DNA of 21,681 bases, from positions 1 to 21,681 of the forward strand of contig NZ_QKUF01000052.1 of the NCBI RefSeq assembly GCF_003253565.1. The letters run 5' to 3'. The stretch's first letter is position 1, and every line of letters begins with the position of its first letter. The notes under the pieces were generated by a model, which was not told where the DNA came from, did not search any database, and saw nothing but the letters and a program-made list of their open reading frames with translations. The translations under genes and the position numbers were made by a program. This DNA is from Thermosporothrix hazakensis. Lineage in GTDB: Bacteria; Chloroflexota; Ktedonobacteria; Ktedonobacterales; Ktedonobacteraceae. Below are positions 16,891 through 21,681 of this stretch, in pieces.

Positions 16891-18654
16891 ATGGACAAAG
16901 CACAGATCGCCAGGATGCTTGAGGAAATCGGTGTCCTGTTATCTTTAAAAGAAGACAGCAATGTCTATGAGCAGCGGGCCTATGAAAACGCGACCCGGGC
17001 GCTCAATGGGCTGGACGGCGATATTGAGCAGCTTGTGAAGGATAAGAAGCTCAAGGGCACTCCCGGCCTGGGACCAACGATCATCAAGCGTATCGAGGAA
17101 GCGATCAATACAGGCACCATTTCGTTTCTTGACGAACTGCGCGCACAAACCCCCGCCATCAAGCTTCAGATGCTCCGCTTGCCCGGCATTGGCCCGAAAA
17201 AGATCAACGCGATCTACGACCATCTGAAGGTTACCAGTATGGCCGAGCTGGAACAGGCCTGCAAGGAGAACAAAGTTGCTCACCTGCCAGGCTTTGGCAA
17301 AAAGACACAGGATAAGATCCTTGAGGGCATTGACTTCCTCAGTAAACATACTGAGCGCCACCGCATCAATGTCGCAGAACACGAGGCCGAACAGATCCGC
17401 GCCGCGCTGGCCACGCTTTCTGAAGTCGTCCGGTTAGAAGTTGCAGGCAGCCTGCGTCGTCGCCGCGAGACCGTGAAGGATATCGATATTGTGCTGAGCG
17501 TTGCCGATAACGCCGATGACGCAATACGCATGAAGATCATGGATTTCTTCACCTCGCAGCCCTCGGTCGCAACCATTACAGGCAAGGGCACGACCAAGTC
17601 CAGCGTTGTCTTACACAGCGGTATCGCGGTTGACCTGCGCGTCGTTACTGACAGCCACTTCCCATATACGCTGCACCATTTCACCGGCTCACGCGAACAT
17701 CACATTCCGCTGCGCCGTCGTGCGCAGAACATGCAGATGACGATCAACGATTACGGCCTGTTCAAGATCGTAGAAGGAAAAGAGGAGCTGGTCCCCTGCC
17801 AGACTGAAGCTGACATGTACGCGGCACTTGATATGCAGTACGTTCCGCCTGAGCTCCGTGAGGACATGGGAGAGATTGAGGCCGCGACCCGGTACGCGCT
17901 CCCCGACCTCATCACTGAACACGATCTACAGGGCATCATTCACGCCCATACCACCTATAGCGATGGCAAGAATACGCTTAAGGAGATGGCTGAAGCCTGT
18001 ATTGAGCGCGGCTATTCCTATATCGGGATTACTGATCATAGCAAAGCTGCGGCCTATGCGGGCGGCCTGACCCTCCAGGAATTGGAAGAGCAATGGGCTG
18101 AGATCGACCGCCTGAACGCCGAATATGCCGGGCGTTTTCGTATCCTGAAAGGCACCGAGTGCGATATCCTGCGCGATGGGTCACTTGACTATGATGATGA
18201 GATTCTGGCCCGCTTCGACTTCGTTATCGCCTCCATCCATAGCAACTTTCAATTATCCGAGACCGAGCAAACACAGCGCATGATCCGCGCCATTGAGAAC
18301 CCCTATGTCAACATTATCGGACACCCGACCGGGCGCATTCTCCTCGAACGTGCGGGCTATGCAATCAATCTGGAAGCGGTCATCGACGCAGCCGCCGAGC
18401 ACGGGGTCTGCATCGAGATTAACGCCAACCCGGCCAGGCTCGACCTCGACTGGCGCTATGTGCATCGTGCTCGCGACAAGGGTATCAAGGTTCCAATTGG
18501 CCCCGATGCCCACACTCTTGCAGGGTTAGATGATATGCGCTATGGTATAGGTGTTGCACGCAAAGGCTGGTTACGCGCAAGCGATGTACCAAATACAATG
18601 GATGCAGAAACACTTTTACGCTTCTTTCAAGAGAGAAGGAATAAAAAGAAGTAA
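16891..18654 (+). CDS. polX: DNA polymerase X family with a C-terminal PHP 3'-5' exonuclease/phosphoesterase domain (PolX).
   Basis: HhH motifs (GLGPTIIKRI, GIGPKKI, GFGKKTQDKI), the Pol-beta nucleotidyltransferase core (GSLRRRRETVKDIDIVL) and the PHP domain (HAHTTYSDG...GITDH...ECDIL...ASIHS). GAAAGAAGG RBS. Confidence 0.9.
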   Translation: MDKAQIARMLEEIGVLLSLKEDSNVYEQRAYENATRALNGLDGDIEQLVKDKKLKGTPGLGPTIIKRIEEAINTGTISFLDELRAQTPAIKLQMLRLPGIGPKKINAIYDHLKVTSMAELEQACKENKVAHLPGFGKKTQDKILEGIDFLSKHTERHRINVAEHEAEQIRAALATLSEVVRLEVAGSLRRRRETVKDIDIVLSVADNADDAIRMKIMDFFTSQPSVATITGKGTTKSSVVLHSGIAVDLRVVTDSHFPYTLHHFTGSREHHIPLRRRAQNMQMTINDYGLFKIVEGKEELVPCQTEADMYAALDMQYVPPELREDMGEIEAATRYALPDLITEHDLQGIIHAHTTYSDGKNTLKEMAEACIERGYSYIGITDHSKAAAYAGGLTLQELEEQWAEIDRLNAEYAGRFRILKGTECDILRDGSLDYDDEILARFDFVIASIHSNFQLSETEQTQRMIRAIENPYVNIIGHPTGRILLERAGYAINLEAVIDAAAEHGVCIEINANPARLDLDWRYVHRARDKGIKVPIGPDAHTLAGLDDMRYGIGVARKGWLRASDVPNTMDAETLLRFFQERRNKKK

Positions 18655-18690
18655 TCACGCTTCAATTTGGTTCGCCAACCCGGAGAGTCA

Positions 18691-18720
18691 CTTTCAGGAA
18701 GGGGTATGCCTTCCTGAAAG
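18691..18720 (+). terminator. A perfect 12-bp stem with a 6-nt loop (ctttcaggaagg-ggtatg-ccttcctgaaag) lies 36 nt after the polX stop and has no U-tract. It is a probable terminator or RNA processing element.
   Basis: Read directly. Confidence 0.4.
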
Positions 18721-18914
18721 GCCTCGACTGGACACAGTATCTCAGCCTGAGAAGCGGTCTGGGTGACCTTCGCATTCGAGGCGCGGTGTATCGAAATAGC
18801 TCCGCCTCTCGTATATCAAACAAGGGCTGCTTATCAGGCCTGACTACAAGGACCTTCAGCAGTCGGTGAGCAGGGAAGCCTTGAAAGTGAGCAACTCGAA
18901 AGGAGATATGGTCT

Positions 18915-19556
18915 ATGGCGAAACAGGTAGAACTGCAAGTTGTGCCGCGTGAGGTACAGGGGAAAGCAACGAAGCGATTACGCGCAAAGGGGATTATCCC
19001 TGCAAACCTCTGTGGCCACAAGCAGATATCCAGACCGATCCAATTCGATGAAGTACAGTTTGAGCGCCTGCGCAAAAAGCACGGGACCAAGAGTATTTAC
19101 GCCCTGCGCCTCCCTGATGGGAAAGTGCAGACCGCATTGATTAAGGAAGTACAATACGATCCCGTGTCCAGTCACCTCCTCCATGTGGAGTTCTCGCGTG
19201 TGGACATGGAAGAGATGATCTCAGTGAAGATACCGCTGCACTTTGTTGGTGAATCTCCAGCGGTGAAGAATCTCAAGGCGGTGCCTCTCCATCTTGTCGA
19301 CGAGCTCAGCGTCAAATGTCGCGCCACTGATATTGTGCCTGCGATTGACGTCGATATCAGCGTTCTGGAGAACATTGACGACGTCATTTACGCGAAAGAT
19401 ATCAAGCTTCCCCAGGGCATTGAGCTGGAGATTGACCCGGAGGAGCCCATTGCGAAAGCCGCTGCACCTAAGGTTGAGCTGCCTGAGATCGAGCCTGAGA
19501 GCACAGAAGCCGCGTCACCAACTCCTGTTTCTGAAGAGACCGGTGAGGCTTCGTAA
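18915..19556 (+). CDS. rplY: 50S ribosomal protein L25 / general stress protein Ctc (long form with an acidic C-terminal extension).
   Basis: MAKQVELQVVPRE...GKATKRLRAKGIIPANLCG...IYAL...QTALIKEVQYDPVSSHLLHVEF is a typical L25/Ctc N-domain. AAAGGAGAT RBS. Confidence 0.88.
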   Translation: MAKQVELQVVPREVQGKATKRLRAKGIIPANLCGHKQISRPIQFDEVQFERLRKKHGTKSIYALRLPDGKVQTALIKEVQYDPVSSHLLHVEFSRVDMEEMISVKIPLHFVGESPAVKNLKAVPLHLVDELSVKCRATDIVPAIDVDISVLENIDDVIYAKDIKLPQGIELEIDPEEPIAKAAAPKVELPEIEPESTEAASPTPVSEETGEAS

Positions 19557-19568
19557 GCTTATGCTCCC

Positions 19569-19598
19569 GCAACACCAGAAGCAATTTTCTGGTGTTGC
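19569..19598 (+). terminator. A perfect 12-bp stem with a 6-nt loop (gcaacaccagaa-gcaatt-ttctggtgttgc) lies 12 nt after the rplY stop and has no U-tract. It is a probable terminator.
   Basis: Read directly. It also overlaps the alternative GTG (19592) of the downstream ORF, arguing against that start. Confidence 0.4.
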
Positions 19599-19651
19599 CG
19601 CCTGAGAAGGCCGAAGGAATCGGGGAGAGGACAGAAGGAGCAATCAAGGCC

Positions 19652-20986
19652 ATGCGTATTATGCTTGTTACAGATCAATATCCCCCGATGGTCGGAGGTG
19701 TTCCGACCGTCGTACATGGTCTTGCGGTAGATTTTGCCAACCGTGGTCACCAGGTCTGGGTTGTTGCTCCCAGCTCTGGCGCTCGCGATGTGCGCCGCAT
19801 TGAGCAGAAAGTGCGGGTCTATCGCTTTGCCTCCTTCGACTGGCCCACGTACGAGGGGCTGCGCATTCCTTTCCTCCCGATTCTCCCGGTACGCAAACTA
19901 CTGAAGAAAAGCGATCCAGATATTATCCATATTCATTCCCCGGTTGTGATGGGCAATATTGCCCAGATTCTGGCGGGTGGCTTGCGCAAGCCGGTTATTG
20001 CCACAAATCACTATCTCCCGATCAATATGAGCCGTTCGCTGAGTGGTGATACATTGATCGGTAAACACTTCAGCAATATCTCATACTCTTATCTGGTCTC
20101 CTTCTGTAACCGCTGTGAGTATGTGACAGCGCCAACCCAGACGGCTCTGAATCTGCTCTATGAGCATGGATTGCGCGCGCCGGCCCGAGCCATCTCCAAT
20201 GGCATCGATCTCAAGCGGTTCACGCCCGGTCCCGCCGACCCTGCTATATTGCAACGCTTCAATCTACCGGTAGATCAGCCCCTGATTCTGCATGTCAACC
20301 GCCTGAGTGAAGAGAAGCGCATTGATGTGCTGATTCGCGCGGTTGCCAGAATGCAAGAGCGGGCACATGTTGCTCTGGTCAGCACTGGCCCGGCAGAGGC
20401 AGATCTTCGCGCCCTGGTCGCCAGCCTGAACCTGAACGACCGCATCAGCTTCCTGGGCTTTGTCCCCGATGATGAACTACTGACGCTCCGACGCACCGCA
20501 ACCCTCTTCACCATTCCATCAGAGGCCGACTTGCAAAGTCTGGCAACAATGGAAGCAATGGCCTGTGGGCTCCCGGTAGTTGCGGCACGCTCCTACGCCC
20601 TGCCAGAGCTGGTTCACCACGAAGAAAATGGCTACCTGTTTGAGCCGGGCAATAGCGAAGAGATGGCCGCCCAGATGGATCGCATCCTCAGGGACGAGCC
20701 GCTACGACAACGCATGGGACAAAATAGCTTGAAGATTATCGCCCGACACGACCGCCAGGCTATTCTTGAGGAATGGGAACATCTCTATCGACGACTGGCA
20801 ATCGAGTTTCAAGAGGCCAAAGAACGCAAACAACAACTTCGGGTAATGCGGAAATATCGCGCACGCTACGCATCCGATGTTCCGCTTTCACGCATGCGCC
20901 GTACCGGGGATCTCTCGCTTGAGCGGCCGCCCGGAAATCTCCTTTCCTGGTTAGGGACAGAAGAGAAGCAACAAGAGGACCTCTAG
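19652..20986 (+). CDS. GT4-family glycosyltransferase with a C-terminal extension of about 70 aa rich in basic and charged residues.
   Basis: MRIMLVTDQYPPMVGGVPTVVHGLA (GT4 N-domain) and EAMACGLPVVAARSYALPELVHHEENGYLFEPGN (the GT4 E-x7-E C-domain motif). The ATG at 19652 has a GAAGGAG RBS. Confidence 0.82.
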   Translation: MRIMLVTDQYPPMVGGVPTVVHGLAVDFANRGHQVWVVAPSSGARDVRRIEQKVRVYRFASFDWPTYEGLRIPFLPILPVRKLLKKSDPDIIHIHSPVVMGNIAQILAGGLRKPVIATNHYLPINMSRSLSGDTLIGKHFSNISYSYLVSFCNRCEYVTAPTQTALNLLYEHGLRAPARAISNGIDLKRFTPGPADPAILQRFNLPVDQPLILHVNRLSEEKRIDVLIRAVARMQERAHVALVSTGPAEADLRALVASLNLNDRISFLGFVPDDELLTLRRTATLFTIPSEADLQSLATMEAMACGLPVVAARSYALPELVHHEENGYLFEPGNSEEMAAQMDRILRDEPLRQRMGQNSLKIIARHDRQAILEEWEHLYRRLAIEFQEAKERKQQLRVMRKYRARYASDVPLSRMRRTGDLSLERPPGNLLSWLGTEEKQQEDL

Positions 20987-20989
20987 CTC

Positions 20990-21196
20990 TTACCAACGAC
21001 GACGCAACAGGCGCGCAATAGCACGTTCTATATCCCAACGTATTTGTGTGGCGTGATACTTTATCCAGGCGAGCAGCAGCGCCCAGAGGGAAGGCGGAGG
21101 CTCGGGCAAACGTCGTCGCCTCTTTTCATCACTGTAGACGTACACAGGAGCCAGCGTGCGAGACGAATGCGGAGCAAAGAGCTGGCGTAGACGCAT
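20990..21196 (-). CDS. Possible small Arg-rich protein (68 aa) convergent with the GT4 gene; the call is doubtful.
   Basis: ATG with an AAGGAAG RBS 6 nt upstream. The composition is Arg/Trp-rich, with no recognisable family. It may be spurious, or it may lie just outside the IS right end. Confidence 0.25.
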   Translation of the reverse strand: MRLRQLFAPHSSRTLAPVYVYSDEKRRRRLPEPPPSLWALLLAWIKYHATQIRWDIERAIARLLRRRW

Positions 21197-21199
21197 ATT

Positions 21200-21681
21200 G
21201 TACTTCCTTTTGACTTCTGTATATGGCTCTCTTTCTCGCTCATAGTATATCACTTTTCGTGCTCGGCGAACGCCTTTTCCTGAGGCTCGAACCGGACAGG
21301 AAAGTGCCGAACATGCAAGATTATGCTTGACACTTATCTGACACTCCCCTGGCTAAAGCACAGGGGGTTCTTCTTTCAGCGACCCGACTTGCCACGTCTC
21401 CGTTTGGAGGACGCAGGAGCGGCCAGGTCTCCAGAAGCGTTTCGCGAGTCGAGCTCGCGGGTTCCCGTATGCCCTACGGTACCGTTTGAAACGTATTGGA
21501 GTGCGCGCATCAGGATATTCAACGCGGCATTATGATCACGATCCAGAACGACACCACAACCAGTACAGATGTGTGTGCGAACAGAAAGAGACTTCTTCAC
21601 TGTTGTACCGCATGCAGAACAATTCTGGCTGGTGTATTGAGGTGGAACTGCAACCACAGGGATAGCATGCAGAGCCCCGTA
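21200..21681 (-). mobile_element. Right-end portion of an IS200/IS605-family (tnpB-carrying) element. The non-coding region of about 180 nt downstream of the tnpB stop (21197..21375) presumably encodes the omegaRNA scaffold and the right-end hairpin. The exact IS boundary was not determined.
   Basis: Inference from TnpB biology, in which the omegaRNA overlaps the tnpB 3' end and the right end. Small hairpins were seen there (ccccctg-N9-cagggg at 21345..21367, minus strand). Confidence 0.45.
21376..21681 (-). CDS. tnpB: C-terminal part (zinc-finger region) of an IS200/IS605-family TnpB (OrfB) RNA-guided endonuclease. The 5' part of the gene lies beyond the right edge of the window.
   Basis: The reverse translation ...YGALHAIPVVAVPPQYTSQNCSACGTTVKKSLSVRTHICTGCGVVLDRDHNAALNI... 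matches the conserved TnpB C-terminus (YTSQ.C..CG, L..R...C..CG, DRD.NAA.NI). The stop is at 21376..21378. Confidence 0.8.
   Translation of the reverse strand, partial: YGALHAIPVVAVPPQYTSQNCSACGTTVKKSLSVRTHICTGCGVVLDRDHNAALNILMRALQYVSNGTVGHTGTRELDSRNASGDLAAPASSKRRRGKSGR

Noticed and set aside
19592-19651. A GTG start at 19592 for the glycosyltransferase (20 extra codons).
   Set aside because: That GTG lies inside the 3' arm of the 12-bp hairpin after rplY, and the ATG at 19652 has a GAAGGAG RBS at proper spacing.
1-21681. CRISPR arrays, tRNA/rRNA genes, retron or DGR components, toxin-antitoxin pairs.
   Set aside because: No spaced direct repeats, no tRNA T-loop or cloverleaf candidates, and no reverse-transcriptase or toxin-like ORFs were found on either strand.

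Overview
The window is a chromosomal, mostly housekeeping stretch at about 55% GC, densely coding on both strands. Strong AAGGAGG-type Shine-Dalgarno sites are frequent, and TTG/GTG start codons occur. Gene content and style suggest a Chloroflexota-like (possibly Ktedonobacteria-like) or other high-GC Gram-positive-type genome; this is inference only.

Genes from left to right:
- 5' part of a bifunctional RelA/SpoT (p)ppGpp synthetase/hydrolase (minus strand, runs off the left edge)
- an unusual 740-bp AT-rich non-coding spacer
- a double CxxC zinc-ribbon protein (minus)
- tgt (queuine tRNA-ribosyltransferase), then a lipoate-protein-ligase-family gene
- a DUF336/GlcG-HbpS-like protein with a Pro/Gln-rich tail, then a disordered two-TM membrane protein
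- a GH2 beta-mannosidase (minus)
- a type I-beta DAHP synthase with an N-terminal ferredoxin-like regulatory domain, preceded by a consensus promoter and an intrinsic terminator in its leader
- a REC-ANTAR response regulator
- a RicT/YaaT/PSP1 protein with an extra Cys/Gly-rich tail
- an SPFH/band-7 polytopic membrane protein
- a zinc-ribbon two-TM protein (minus)
- a YabN-type methylase-MazG fusion, translationally coupled to a Cys-rich hypothetical protein and a PolX-PHP DNA polymerase
- ribosomal protein L25/Ctc
- a GT4 glycosyltransferase with a C-terminal extension
- at the right edge, the 3' end of an IS200/IS605-family tnpB (RNA-guided nuclease) with its presumed omegaRNA/right-end region.

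No rRNA, tRNA or CRISPR array was recognised. Candidate regulatory RNAs and leaders, long terminator hairpins without U-tracts, and two unusual gene neighbourhoods are reported as hypotheses. All calls rest on reading the six-frame translations and the sequence by eye; no database search was possible.
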